Positions 51,928 through 62,757 of a stretch of DNA of 64,000 nt are shown piece by piece; the first letter of the stretch is position 1; the number at the start of each line of letters is the position of its first letter. Below the pieces are notes generated by a model. The model saw nothing but the letters and a program-made list of their open reading frames with translations, was not told where the DNA came from and made no database searches. The DNA is from Polyangiales bacterium. Lineage in GTDB: Bacteria > Myxococcota_A > Polyangia > Polyangiales > JADJQN01. The position numbers were made by a program, and so were the translations under genes. The DNA lies in contig CAXNJO010000012.1 in assembly GCA_964202905.1 (NCBI GenBank), positions 64,001 through 128,000 of the forward strand, in the 5' to 3' direction.

Positions 51928-53895
51928 TCAATCCCCGGCGGCGCGCGCACGCCGGAGCGCTGCGAGAAAGGGCGCCACGAGCCCCCGGCTCCCGTGAAGG
52001 GAGAGGTGGTCGTCGTCGCGGAAGACCGGCCGACCATCGAGGAACGGGGTGCAGAACGGCCCAGGGCAGAGCAGGTCGTACGGGTCCCAGACCGCGACGC
52101 CCCGCTCCCGCGCGAGGCCCGCGACGAAGGAGGCCGCCTCGCTTCGCTCACGCAGATCGCGCTCGCGCGGCTTCCGGCAGGCCTCGGGCACCGTCGAATA
52201 GGGCGTCTCGATGCAATCGAAGGCGTGTCGCCCCTGCACCGGCAGGGGGGCCTGGACGAGCAACGTCGCGCCCCGGCTGGCCGTCATCGCCCGGAGCTCG
52301 GCGACCGCGCGCCGGACGGGGGCGTCGATGCGGTAGGAGCGCAGAAACGCCGAGAGCATGACGACGTCGCCCGGCGAGGCCTCGCGTCGAATCACCTCTC
52401 GAACGTGGTTCCAGTACGCCCCGCACGAGTCGCTTCCCGGGTTGGATCCGCGGACCTCGCAACCATCGTGAGAGAAGACGTAAAGATCGTATTCACGCCT
52501 CGCCAATCCACCCAACAACATGGGCCAATTGGCGAATGCGTGGCTGTCACCGAACGACCAGAGTCGATAGGGCGCGCCCGCTTGCGCGCGGAACCGACAG
52601 CGCGGCTCGATGCTGCGCGGCACGCTCGCACCGGCCGTCAGATGGCAGACGCGGGGTGCGACCTTCCCCTCGACGAGCGCCCCCTCGTCGACGGCCCAAT
52701 CCGTCGACCATCTCTGATGGCTCCCCAGGTAGAGGTCGAAACGATGGCGGCGGAGCTGATCGACGCCGAGGCAGGCGACCAGGGCGACGGCGAGTCCGAC
52801 GACGATCGGCCGCCACCTCTCCCCGTGCGCCGCATGTCGAACTGGACTCTCGACGAGATGGTGGGAGGCGAGGGTCCCGAGCACCGTGAGCGCGAGCGCG
52901 GCGACGATCGACGGTGTCGTCCCTTCGCCATGGAGCCGCGTGGCGATCGCGATGGCCGGCCAATGCCAGAGATAGAGTGAATAGGAGATTCGCCCGAGAT
53001 ACACGAGCGGTCCGCTCGCGAGCGCGGAAGACACCGGCCCCGTTCCACCGGTTCCGCACGCGATCAGGAGTGCGGCGCCGACCGCTGCGGGGATGGCACC
53101 GGGCATCGGAAAGCCCTGCGACGGCGTCAGGATGCCGGCGAACACGACGAGAACGAGGCCTGTGATCTGTCCAGACAGACTCCAGCGTGGATTCCCGCGC
53201 ACCGCGCGCGCGATCGAGTCGGAGCGGAGCGCGAGGAGCGCCCCCAACGCGAGCTCCCAGAAACGACTCGGCATCGCGAAGTAGGCCAACGAGGGTGTGG
53301 AAACGCTCCAACACGCACTCGCCACGAGGGATGTGAGACCCGCGAACGTCACCGTGGCGAGGAGCGCGCGCCTCGGCGCGGTCTTCGTCGCTTTCGCCAA
53401 GGCGGAAGCGAACCACCACAGCAAGGGATACAACGCGTAGAACTGCTCCTCGACGGCGAGCGACCAGGTGTGCGTGAAGGGATTGGGCAGTACGTCCCCA
53501 TCGAAGTACGACTTGCCCAGCCGGAGAAGATAGAAGTTCGACAATCCGAACACGGATGTCATCGCCGTGCGGAACACAGCGACGTTGAACTCGTTGGGCA
53601 CCGGCGGAACGAGGCTGGCGTAAAGCAAGGATGCGCCGAGAATCGCGGCGATGAGCGCGGGGCCCAATCGCCTGACGCGCCGCGCGTAGAAATCGACGAC
53701 GCTGAATCCCTCGCCGACGTCGCGTCCGAGGAGACTCGCGGTGACGACGAACCCCGAGATCACGAAGAAGACGTCGACGCCGACGAAGCCACCGGGCATC
53801 CAGCCATCGCGGAGGTGAAACACCACGACGAGGAGCACGGCGATGGCGCGCAGCCCATCGATGTCGCCCCGATACGTCCGCGGAGCATGGGACAT
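51928..53895 (-). CDS. O-acyltransferase, Acyltransferase-3 plus SGNH (OafA/OatA-like)
   Basis: YRGDIDGLRAIAV, GVDVFFVISG, HTWSLAVEEQFY, SYSLYLWHWP; SGNH GDSHA and DDDH. Confidence 0.93.
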   Translation of the reverse strand: MSHAPRTYRGDIDGLRAIAVLLVVVFHLRDGWMPGGFVGVDVFFVISGFVVTASLLGRDVGEGFSVVDFYARRVRRLGPALIAAILGASLLYASLVPPVPNEFNVAVFRTAMTSVFGLSNFYLLRLGKSYFDGDVLPNPFTHTWSLAVEEQFYALYPLLWWFASALAKATKTAPRRALLATVTFAGLTSLVASACWSVSTPSLAYFAMPSRFWELALGALLALRSDSIARAVRGNPRWSLSGQITGLVLVVFAGILTPSQGFPMPGAIPAAVGAALLIACGTGGTGPVSSALASGPLVYLGRISYSLYLWHWPAIAIATRLHGEGTTPSIVAALALTVLGTLASHHLVESPVRHAAHGERWRPIVVGLAVALVACLGVDQLRRHRFDLYLGSHQRWSTDWAVDEGALVEGKVAPRVCHLTAGASVPRSIEPRCRFRAQAGAPYRLWSFGDSHAFANWPMLLGGLARREYDLYVFSHDGCEVRGSNPGSDSCGAYWNHVREVIRREASPGDVVMLSAFLRSYRIDAPVRRAVAELRAMTASRGATLLVQAPLPVQGRHAFDCIETPYSTVPEACRKPRERDLRERSEAASFVAGLARERGVAVWDPYDLLCPGPFCTPFLDGRPVFRDDDHLSLHGSRGLVAPFLAALRRARAAGD

Positions 53896-54289
53896 GGGTT
53901 CACTCGGTTGGCGCTCGTCGCGCATCGTCGTGCAGAGGATGCGGCGTACGGGAGAGACAGGTGGCCGCGCGCGACGCGTGCGACTGGGAGCGGGGAGTGG
54001 GCGCGTGCGACGTGGCGAGGGTTCGAACCCACTGCGCCGTGCGTGCTCGGAGTGGATACGAAGGAGGGTCGACCGTCAATGGACGATGGAGCCGGCCACA
54101 CGATCTCGCTGCGCGGCGCGCCGCCGGAGCAGGCCCTCCTCGCAGCATCGAGCGCTGCGAACGACGTCGTTCGCGCCACCGCATGCGGGCGCGTGACGGG
54201 TGAGTCGGAAGCGAGGCTGCGACGCGCGCCGCGCGGTGTCTGCGCCACGCATCCTCCGCACCACGGTGTCGCCGAGGCGCGCGCGCCGT

Positions 54290-56420
54290 TCAGGGCGCGA
54301 CGGCGTCGCCGGCGTGGAGCGTGACGTCCGCGACGCCCGCGGCCAGGTCGGGCACGAAGAGCGCGCCGCCGGGGAGCGCGCGGCGCCGCTGCAGGCGCCC
54401 GTCGGGGAGCCGGAGGTCGAGACCGACGCCCTCCGCGCGCGGCGCCCCCCCGAGCGCGAGCCGCACATGCAGGACGTGCTCGCCGCGGAGCGTGAGCGGC
54501 GCGGGGCGTCCGTTCGCAGCGGCCGCGTGCGCGTCGAGCAACGCCGCGCGGACGCGGTCAGCGGCGCAGGACCGCGCTTCGGCGGCGAGCGCAGCGGCGA
54601 ACGTCGGCCGTGCGGGGAGCGCGGCGAGCGCGCGGGCCGCCGCGACGGCCACGACCTCGGAGTCGTCGCGCGTCGCCGCGAGCAGCGCCCGTGACGCGCC
54701 CACATCGGCCGCGAGCGCGAGGGCGCGGGCGGCTGCGGCGCGGAGCCGCTCATCAGGGGCGCGGAGCGCAGCGCGGGCGAGGACCGCGAAGCGGCGGCGA
54801 TCCTCCGGCGACGCGCCATCGAGCGAGGCGGCCGCGAGCTCGAGGGCCTCCGGGCCCGTCTCGGGGTCGTGCGTCCGCGCCAACAGCGGCGCCACCGGCG
54901 ACGCGACACGCAGCGAGCGGGCTGCATCCGCGAGGCGACGCCAGGCCTCCGCGTCGTCTTCGCGGGCGAGCGCGGCGAGGACGTCAGCCCCGAGCGTGGG
55001 ATCGCCGAGCGCCTCGGCGCCTTCGGCCGCTGCCGCCCGCGCCGCGGCAGCGGCCGGGGCGGCGTCCCGCAGCGCGGCCCGCCAGCAACGGCGCGACCGC
55101 GGCGTCCCGCGCGAGCGCGCGGAGCAGCGCGGCCTCGGGCGCGCGAAGCGTCGCGCAGGCGAGCGCGAGGGCCTCGCGTCCCTCCGCCGCGACCGCCGCA
55201 TCGAGGTCGGCGCCCCAGGTGCGGAGCGCGACGGCGAGCGCACCAGCCACGGTGCGCTGCAGGCCGGGTCGGGCGCGGAGGGCGAGGCGCGTGAGGGTCG
55301 GGACGCCTGCGCCCCCTGCGAGCGCGCCGAGGGCCGCGGCGACCGACTCCGGCTGCGCATCGACGGCGACCCGCGCCTCGAGGAGCGGCGCAAAGCGCGG
55401 ATGCGTCGCGGCGAGGAGCAGCACGCGCGCGGCGCCGAGCAGGGCGGGGTCGGCGTCGGTGAGTACGGCGGAGATCGCGGCCGCACCGGCGCGCGGATCG
55501 GCGGCCACGAGCGCCGCGAGCGCCGCGCGACGCTCCTCCGCGCGGCCCGATCGCAGGCGCGCCTCGAGGACCGCGACGTGCGACGCATCGCCGAGCACGG
55601 CGAGCGCACCGAGCGCGGCGAGCACGACCTCGGGCGCCGCGTCGCCGACGCGCGCGGCCACCGCGTCCGCGGCCCGCGCATCACCGAGCGCGGCGAGCGC
55701 CTCGAGCCCGGCGATGCGATCGGCCTCTCGCGGCGAGTCGAGCAACGCGACGAGGGGCGCCGTCGCCCGCGCGTCCCCGAGCGCCCCGAGCGCTTGCGCC
55801 GCCGCGACCGCCGCGGGCGGATCCGCGAGCGCACGCAGCAACTTCGGGACCACGACCGGCCCGACGCGCACGAGCATCGGCGCGAAGACCGTCGACGCGT
55901 CCGGCCCGGCGAGCCCGCGTACGAGCGCACGCAGGGCCGCGTCGTTGCCGAGCCCCGCGAGGGCACGCGCCGCGAGCCCGCGCTCGACGGGGTCGCCGCG
56001 CTCGGCGATGAGCGCGAGCGCGACCACGGACTCCGGACGCGCGCAGCGCGCAAGCGCGACGAGGAGCGCCTCCCGCACACGCGGCGCCTGCTCGCGCGCA
56101 AGCGCTGCGCGCAGCGTCGGCTCGGGCGACGCACCCTCGGGGACCTGCGCCAGCAGCGTCGCGGCCGCGATCCGCGCCGGCTCGTCCGCCACGCCCTCCC
56201 CAAGAAGCGTCGCGCGCGCCCGCGAGACGCCGAGCACCGCGGTCCACGCACGCGGCGCGGGCTCGTCCGCGCGCACGACGCGCCCGCGCCCGCCGACGAC
56301 GCCCACGAGCAGCCACGCGAGCACAGCGGCCCACCGTCCATGCGCGGTGCGGCCTCGCTGCGACGCCCCGCCCGCGTGGCCTGCCGCACGGGCCGCCACC
56401 GGCACGACGCGCGGGGTCAC
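54290..56420 (-). CDS. HEAT/PBS-lyase repeat protein (frameshift near 55082)
   Basis: Repeated AA.ALG.LGD.RA..L..LL helices in ORF 54984..56420 and the C-terminus of ORF 54290..56389. Confidence 0.75.
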
Positions 56421-57082
56421 GCGAGCAGCCCGATCGCCGCGATGACGAGGCTCACGCCGACGAGCATCCCGCCGATTCCGCGCAACACACCGACGCCCTC
56501 GTCACTCGCGACGACCATCGCAGACTCCGTGCGGTACGTGATCTGCGGGGGACACGCCGGGTCGTCGACCGCCTCCCACACCACGGCGCGCCCGCGATAG
56601 GGCCCCTCGTCGCCCGCGGCTGCGCGCTCGCGCGGCTCGAAGCACGCGACGAGCTCGATCTCCTCGCCCGCGCGGAGCCTGCGCTCGGCGGTGAGGCCCT
56701 CGTCCGCGTCGAGCGTCGCGGCATCCACGAGGGCGTGCGTCGGATCGACCAGCAGTCGACCGGTGCCATCGTCGAGCCAGAACGCGTGCGCGCGCGTGTC
56801 GTGGACGACCTCGCGGAGCAGGGGCACCGCGCGCGACCCGATCAGGCGGTATTCCGCGCGCTCGAGGTAGACGCACGCAGCGCCATCGACGCCGCTCGCC
56901 GTCGTCTCGATGGGCACCACGCGCCCCGTGACGCGGAAGCGGCCGCGCTCGAGCTCGTCGATGGTCGAGCGACGCGCCGCATCCGCGGGCAGCACGGCGG
57001 CGAGCCGCCGACGGCGCGCGAGAAAGAGGAGCGAGAGCCCCGACATCGCGGACCCGAGCACCCAGCCCCACACCCCGATCAC
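56417..57082 (-). CDS. Hypothetical membrane protein (GIDE-like, TM at both ends)
   Basis: GTG start; VTGRV, GAACVY, FWLDDGTGRLLVDP, ERRLRAGE pattern. Confidence 0.6.
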   Translation of the reverse strand: MIGVWGWVLGSAMSGLSLLFLARRRRLAAVLPADAARRSTIDELERGRFRVTGRVVPIETTASGVDGAACVYLERAEYRLIGSRAVPLLREVVHDTRAHAFWLDDGTGRLLVDPTHALVDAATLDADEGLTAERRLRAGEEIELVACFEPRERAAAGDEGPYRGRAVVWEAVDDPACPPQITYRTESAMVVASDEGVGVLRGIGGMLVGVSLVIAAIGLLA

Positions 57083-57219
57083 GCGCGCCTCCTCGCGCGC
57101 ACGGCGACGCGCCCGCGCAGCCTGACACGCCCCCCCACGCGTCGCGAGGCCGCCGCGCCCCGCCTGCACCCGCGCTTCGTTTGACCCCGCGCAGGGCCGC
57201 ACGCATCATCGCGCGCGCC

Positions 57220-58164
57220 ATGCGCGAAGCTCGCGAAGCGTCGGCGGCGCCCGCGTGCGTCGTCCCGGGCAACCACGACGGCGTACACCGCGGACACCGC
57301 GCGCTCATCGACGCCGCGCGCGCGTGGGCGAGCCCGCGCGGCCTGCGCGTCGTCGCGCTCACCTTCGATCCCCACCCGCTGCGGCTGCTCGCCCCGGAGC
57401 GCGCCCCGGCGACGCTGACGACGATGACGCGTCGCGTCGAACTCCTGCGCGGGGCGGGCTGCGACGCGGTGCTCGTCGCGCGCTTCGATGCGGATTTCGC
57501 CGCGCAGTCTCCGGAGGCCTTCGTCGACGACGTGCTCGTGCGGGACCTCGGCGCCCGCGGCGTGGTGCTCGGGCCGGACTTCCGCTTCGGCGCGCGGCGG
57601 GCGGGCGACCGTGCGCTGCTCGCGTCGCTCGGGGACGCGCGCGGGTTCGCCGTCGTGCCCGTCGCGCCCCTCTGCGACGATGCGGGCCCGGTGTCGTCGT
57701 CGCGCGTGCGCGCGCTGCTGCGCGAGGGCGACGTGGCGGGCGCCGTGGGGCTGCTCGGCCGCGTGCACGACGTCGACGGCGAGGTGGTGCGCGGCGATCA
57801 GCGCGGGCGAACGCTCGGCTTCCCAACCGCGAACCTCCGCCCGCCGGACGTGCTCCTGCCCGCGGACGGCGTGTACGCGGTCGTCGCGCGGCGTCTCGAC
57901 GCCCCCGGCGCACCGCTGCTCGGCGGCGTGGCGAACCTCGGCGTGCGCCCGACGCTCGGCGCGGGACGCTCCGTCGAGGTGCACCTCTTCGACTGGCACG
58001 GCGACCTCTACGGTGCTCCGCTGCGCGTCGGCTTCGTCGCGCGGCTGCGCGAGGAGCGTCGCTTCGGGGGGCTCGACGCGCTCGTGGCGCAGATCCGCAA
58101 GGACGCCGACGACGCGAGGGAGCACGTCCGCGGACGTGAGCAGGAGTACGGTCGATGGCTGTGA
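57220..58164 (+). CDS. ribF: Bifunctional riboflavin kinase/FAD synthetase
   Basis: GNHDGVHRGH, TFDPHP, G.DFRFG, SSSRVR, GRTLGFPTAN, GVRPT, VEVHL, LREERRF. Confidence 0.96.
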   Translation: MREAREASAAPACVVPGNHDGVHRGHRALIDAARAWASPRGLRVVALTFDPHPLRLLAPERAPATLTTMTRRVELLRGAGCDAVLVARFDADFAAQSPEAFVDDVLVRDLGARGVVLGPDFRFGARRAGDRALLASLGDARGFAVVPVAPLCDDAGPVSSSRVRALLREGDVAGAVGLLGRVHDVDGEVVRGDQRGRTLGFPTANLRPPDVLLPADGVYAVVARRLDAPGAPLLGGVANLGVRPTLGAGRSVEVHLFDWHGDLYGAPLRVGFVARLREERRFGGLDALVAQIRKDADDAREHVRGREQEYGRWL

Positions 58165-59192
58165 AGAGACTCGAAGACGCGGCGCGACGCTTGGTGAAGA
58201 AGATCGCGGACCTCGCGCTCGGACCGGTGGCCGACCCCGCCGCGGCGACGCGGACGCCCCCTGCGGCCGCCCAACCGGCCGCGCGCACCGCAGCGACCTC
58301 CCCTGTCGCGACCGCCACCGCCGCGACCCCGCCCCAGGCGTCGACACCGACCGACGCGGGCACGCACGACGAGACCGCCGCCCGCGCAGCGACGGTGCCC
58401 GACGCCACCTCCGCCGAGGCCTCTCCCATCCGCACGCGCACGCTCGCCCGCTTGCTGGCCGCGCAGGGGTACACCGCGCGCGCGCTCGCCATGTACGACG
58501 CCCTCCTCGCGGCGAGCCCGGACGACCTCACGCTCGTCGAAGAGGCCTCGGCCCTGCGCGCGCCTTCCGGGGCGCCGGTCGGCGTCGGCATCGGCCCGAT
58601 CCATCCCCCCTCCGCGGTGTACGGACGCGATCAAATCACCGCCGCCGTCGTCGACGGGGGCACCCTCTTCGTCCACTGGGAGAGCACGCCCGCTGGCGCC
58701 GCGCGCGCACGCAGCGTCGCCGAGAGCGCAGGCCGCAGCGCCGGAGAGCGCGCCCCCGAGGGCGAGCCCGGCCTCGCGCTGCGCGTCGTCGTGCTGCACG
58801 CCGACGCCGCCGGCGTCGTCCGCAGTGAAGCCCTCGAGCGCGCGGACGCTCCGTCCGGCGGCGAGACCTTCGTGACCGGCCTGCCCGCCGAGGCGACGCT
58901 CTTCGCAGCGCTCGGCGTGCGGCGCGGCGAGCGCTTCGTCGCCATCACGCACGCCCCCGCGGCCTACACACCGCCCGCTCGGCCCGCTGCCCTCCCCGCC
59001 CTCGAGTTCGCGCCGCCACCGCCGCCCCCGGCCTCTGCCCTCGACGCGACGCCGCCCGCGACACCCCGCGCGACGCCGCTCGCGCCGACGCGTGCCGCCG
59101 AGGTCCTGCGCCAAGCGGAGGCCCTCGTGCGCCCCGCCGAGTGGCCGCACGCCTCGGAGCTCGCCGCCGCGCAGCGTCCCGAGCGCGCGTAA
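58155..59192 (+). CDS. Hypothetical protein (Pro/Ala/Thr-rich; DUF4912-like segment)
   Basis: Overlaps ribF stop; TRTLARLLAAQGY TPR-like helix; DGGTLFVHWE segment. Confidence 0.6.
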   Translation: MAVKRLEDAARRLVKKIADLALGPVADPAAATRTPPAAAQPAARTAATSPVATATAATPPQASTPTDAGTHDETAARAATVPDATSAEASPIRTRTLARLLAAQGYTARALAMYDALLAASPDDLTLVEEASALRAPSGAPVGVGIGPIHPPSAVYGRDQITAAVVDGGTLFVHWESTPAGAARARSVAESAGRSAGERAPEGEPGLALRVVVLHADAAGVVRSEALERADAPSGGETFVTGLPAEATLFAALGVRRGERFVAITHAPAAYTPPARPAALPALEFAPPPPPPASALDATPPATPRATPLAPTRAAEVLRQAEALVRPAEWPHASELAAAQRPERA

Positions 59193-59361
59193 ACGCGCCA
59201 TCCGACGCCACGCACACCGCGGCGGCGCAACACATCTCCCGGCGCGCCGCGCCGCGCAGCCACCGCGGCCCGCGCACGCGACGCCCACGCGTCGGCGTCA
59301 CGCCTCGACGAACACACGCCCCCGGCAACTGCATGCGCGCGCCGTTCGATGAGCGCGCCCG

Positions 59362-59823
59362 ATGCGCCCGCGCGCCCACGCCCCCTCGCATCGTTCGGCG
59401 CGCCCTCGGGTCGTGACCAGCGCTGTCCGCGCCTCGCCTCCGCAGACCTTCGCCAGCGCGATGCTGCGGCTGGGGCTCGGGCTCGCGGGTGCGTTCGTCA
59501 CTGCCGCATGCAGCAGCGCACACGGCGCAGTCCCTGCGCTCGTGGTCGGCGGCGTGCTCACGCGCACGCAAGGCGCAGAACGCGCGAGCGACGCCGCCAC
59601 GCAATCGCGTGAAGGCTGGACGGCGCGCGTCGACGTCTCCCTCGCCTGGCTCCCCGCGCCTCCTGCGGCGGTTCCTGCGCCACGCCCCGCGCCGGTCGTC
59701 GCGCGTCCCGCCCCCGAGCGGCCGGCGTCCGCGCCGTGCGCATCGGCGCGCCTCTGTGCCTGGGAGCGCACCGCGCGCAACCGGACGCTGCAACGCCTCG
59801 CCCCCAAGGAGCCCCCACGATGA
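59362..59823 (+). CDS. Hypothetical secreted protein
   Basis: Hydrophobic signal, beta strands (WTARVDVSLAW), CASARLC; stop overlaps next ATG; start uncertain. Confidence 0.45.
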   Translation: MRPRAHAPSHRSARPRVVTSAVRASPPQTFASAMLRLGLGLAGAFVTAACSSAHGAVPALVVGGVLTRTQGAERASDAATQSREGWTARVDVSLAWLPAPPAAVPAPRPAPVVARPAPERPASAPCASARLCAWERTARNRTLQRLAPKEPPR

Positions 59824-60513
59824 CCCAGACCCGCTCGCCGCTCTCGATCCTTCGCACAGTCCTGCTCAGTCGCCCTCGCTGCGTTCGCCCTCCACCTCGT
59901 GCTGCCCGCCCCTGCCGCACGCGCGCAGCCCGACCCGAATGGCCCCTTCGACGACGCGCTCCCCGACGCGCCGCCCCCTGAAGCGGACTCGCTCCACGCA
60001 GCCCTCGCCGCGTACGCGCACGAGCCGCCGGTCGAGCGCGTGGTCGCCGCGGCGCTCCGCGCGGCCGACACCTCTCCGACGCTGGCCCGCGAGGCGGCCC
60101 GGCGGGCACGACTCTCCGGCTGGTTGCCGACCGCCCGCGTCGGCGTGCGCCGGGGAACGGGGCGCGACCTCGCGTTGCAGAGCACGGACCTGCTCGACCG
60201 CACCAACCTCACCACCGACGACTCGCTCTCCCTCGACGGCGCGCTGATCTTCCGGCTCGATCGGCTCGTGTTCGCGCGCGAGGAGGTCGCCCTGCTCCGC
60301 GAAGAGCGCGCCCTCGCCGAAGAGCGCGACGCGCTCGTGCGTGACGTCGTGCATCTCTATTTCGAGCGACGCCGCCTCCAGCTCGAGCGCGACCTGCTCG
60401 GCCGAACGGGGCCCGCCGCGGCCGTGCGGATCGCAGAGACCACCGCGCTGCTCGACGCCCTCACGCGCGGCGCGTTCTCCCACCTCGCGCAGCAGCGACC
60501 GCGCGCACGCTGA
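59820..60513 (+). CDS. Hypothetical exported protein with an outer-membrane-efflux-like helical repeat (frameshift near 59868)
   Basis: MTQTRSPL.. signal continues in frame of ORF 59899..60513; ARRARLSGWLP, FRLDRLVF, VVHLYFERRRLQ, LDALTRG. Confidence 0.6.
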
Positions 60514-60625
60514 CGCACTGCCCCCATGTGGACGGGCGAGCCGTTCACGCGGTCACCCACGACGGACGGCACATCTCCAAAGCGACGGGGCACCGCGGAC
60601 CTCCCCCGCCAACGACCCGCGGGCC

Positions 60626-62317
60626 CTAGGCGGGGACCCGCACCAGCGATGCGACGAACGGCCCGCGCAGCCCCGCGATCACGGCGCCGAGCAGACCGAC
60701 GACGAAGACCAGCGACGCCGAGCCGAGCATCGCAGCGCCGGCGGGCGGGAGCGGATGCGCCGCGAGGAGCGTGGACGCCGCACACATCGCCACCGCGAGC
60801 ACGGCCAGGCGTCCGCGGCGCGCCGGCGGGAGCGCACCGAGCCGCGACGCGAGCAGCGCGACGACCACCGCGCCGAGCCCGCCCCCCAAGGCCCCGGCGA
60901 GCCCTTGCCCCGCGCCGAAGCCGCCGCCGAGCGCGCACGCCGCGAAGAGCGCCGCAGCGAGCCCGCGCCGCGCCAGTTCGAGCCCCCCGCCCACGGCACC
61001 GTCGGTGGGCCCGCACGCGAGCCGGAACCAGAGCAGCGCCGCGCACAGCGGTACCGGCCCCTCGAGCAGACCGAGGCCCAGCGGCGCATCCGACTGCGCC
61101 TCCGCGATCCCCGCGAACCGCGCCGTCCCGGCCGCGACCAACAGCGCGCCGAGCGCGCAGCAGGCCGCGAACTCGCCGAGGAGCGTCGCCCCCAGCCGCG
61201 CGCGCAACGCCGCGCGCCCCTGCGTCGCGAGCACCAACACGCGCAGGGCCACGAGCGCGCCGAGCGCAGCGACGGCGTCGACGCCGTCGGGCAGCGGCAC
61301 GCCCCCCGAAAGCAGCGCGGCGGTCACCCCCGCGCCGAGCGCCGCCACGAACTCACGCCGCGTCGGTCGCACGCGCCCCACCCCGCGGAGCGCGTCCCGC
61401 GCGGCGTCGAGGCGAGGACCGATCGGCGTGAAGCGCAGGAGCACGGCGAGCCACACGAGCGCGAGCCAGCCGGCGGCCCAGGACCACTCCGGGTCCGGCG
61501 CGCCACCCAGCCCGCGCAACGACAGCGTCAACGACAGCGGCGCGGCCTCTCCGCCGCGCACCACGCGCCAGTGCAGCGCGCGCGCGCCAGGCGGTGGCGC
61601 GAGGTCGGCGCTCGACGTGACGAGCGCGCCCTCGCTCTCGCGCACCACATCGCCGACACGCAGGCCCGCCGCGGCCGCGCGGCTCCCCGGGAGGAGAGTT
61701 GCGACACGCACGCCATCGGCCTCCAGTTCCGCCTGCGGCTCGACGCCGAGGAAGTCGAGCAGCCCTGCCGCCGCACGCCCCCGGGCGAGCTCGCCGGAGA
61801 AGCGCGCGGCCGTGGGCGGGACGAAGAGCACGACGACCTCCTCGCGCGCCCCGGACACCGACGCGGCGCCGGAGACCGCGGCGGCGAACGCGATCTCGAC
61901 GCGACCGCGGAACGTCCCGCCCCCGCCGAGCGCGTCGAGCAGCGCGTCGTCCACGCGCAACTCGGCACGTTCCGCCGAGACCGCCCGCACCGCGCGCTCG
62001 AGCGTGACCGCGCGCGGCGCCTCCGCGGGCCGTCGCACCACCCCCGCGAGCGCGAGACGCCCGTCGCGCCCCGGCGGGAACCCGCTCCCCTCGATGCGCA
62101 ACACCTCACCGCGCTCGACGCGCGCGGGACCGAGCGCGCGGACCTCGAGCAGCCGCGCCGCAGGCGGCGTCGCGCACCCCGTTCCGCCCAGCAAGGCCAC
62201 GAGGCCGAGCGCCCCGACGAGCGCCGCGACGCGTCGCAGGTCCGCCCCGCGCCCGGGCGCCGAAACGTCGCCGGACGAGACGCCCGACGACACGGTGGTG
62301 CGGATCGACGCAGACAC
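60626..62317 (-). CDS. Lipoprotein-like Ig/PDZ protein fused to a multi-TM domain with NuoH-like traces
   Basis: Lipobox-like GTGC, IPT-like VERGEVLRIEGSGF, PDZ VATLLPGSRAAAAGLRVGDVV, about 9 TM helices. Confidence 0.65.
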   Translation of the reverse strand: MSASIRTTVSSGVSSGDVSAPGRGADLRRVAALVGALGLVALLGGTGCATPPAARLLEVRALGPARVERGEVLRIEGSGFPPGRDGRLALAGVVRRPAEAPRAVTLERAVRAVSAERAELRVDDALLDALGGGGTFRGRVEIAFAAAVSGAASVSGAREEVVVLFVPPTAARFSGELARGRAAAGLLDFLGVEPQAELEADGVRVATLLPGSRAAAAGLRVGDVVRESEGALVTSSADLAPPPGARALHWRVVRGGEAAPLSLTLSLRGLGGAPDPEWSWAAGWLALVWLAVLLRFTPIGPRLDAARDALRGVGRVRPTRREFVAALGAGVTAALLSGGVPLPDGVDAVAALGALVALRVLVLATQGRAALRARLGATLLGEFAACCALGALLVAAGTARFAGIAEAQSDAPLGLGLLEGPVPLCAALLWFRLACGPTDGAVGGGLELARRGLAAALFAACALGGGFGAGQGLAGALGGGLGAVVVALLASRLGALPPARRGRLAVLAVAMCAASTLLAAHPLPPAGAAMLGSASLVFVVGLLGAVIAGLRGPFVASLVRVPA

Positions 62318-62385
62318 AGGAGCCGCCGACCATCGCCGCCGCCCCCCGCCCGGTCAACTTCCGCGCGCCCCGCGCGGGTCCAGCG

Positions 62386-62414
62386 TTGACAGCCGACCGA
62401 CCGAATGCTAACTC
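62386..62414 (+). promoter_or_regulatory. Possible tRNA promoter
   Basis: TTGACA at 62386, 17 nt spacer, TGc-TAACTC; the -10 match is weak. Confidence 0.4.
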
Positions 62415-62428
62415 GCGGCTCTTCGTTT

Positions 62429-62504
62429 GGGGTCCTAGCTCAGTTGGGAGAGCGTCTCGATGGCATCGAGAAGGTCAGGGGTTCGATTCCCCTGGACTCC
62501 ACCA
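62429..62504 (+). tRNA. tRNA-Ala (GGC)
   Basis: 76-nt cloverleaf GGGGTCC...GGACTCC-ACCA with G3:U70 pair, anticodon loop ATGGCAT, T-arm GGTTCGATTCC. Confidence 0.97.
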
Positions 62505-62757
62505 GAATTCTCTTGTGATTTCGCATAGTTAGACCCACCTCTAGGACCCGCGTGCTCCGCGCATATTCAGCTGCGTGCGCATTTCCTCGCCGAACTGCGC
62601 CGAAGTCGAGGGGTCGCAGACATGAGCGTGCCCCGCGCCTGTTGCAGAGGACGGTCTCGTCTTCGATGCGGGAGGACGGGATCGACTCACGCACGTTCAT
62701 GCGTCAGCAGCAGCCGGATCGATCGCGGGTCGTCGTGGCCGACGAAGCGTCGTTCCT

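Noticed and set aside
54015..54036. tRNA T-arm-like GGGTTCGAACCC upstream of the acyltransferase
   Set aside because: No acceptor, D or anticodon arm can be built; only a 12-bp palindrome
57265..57297. RibF GNHDG instead of GNFDG
   Set aside because: Single substitution with the HxGH motif intact; insufficient for a functional claim
62440..62700. 86-aa minus-strand ORF
   Set aside because: Antisense to tRNA-Ala; a typical spurious translation
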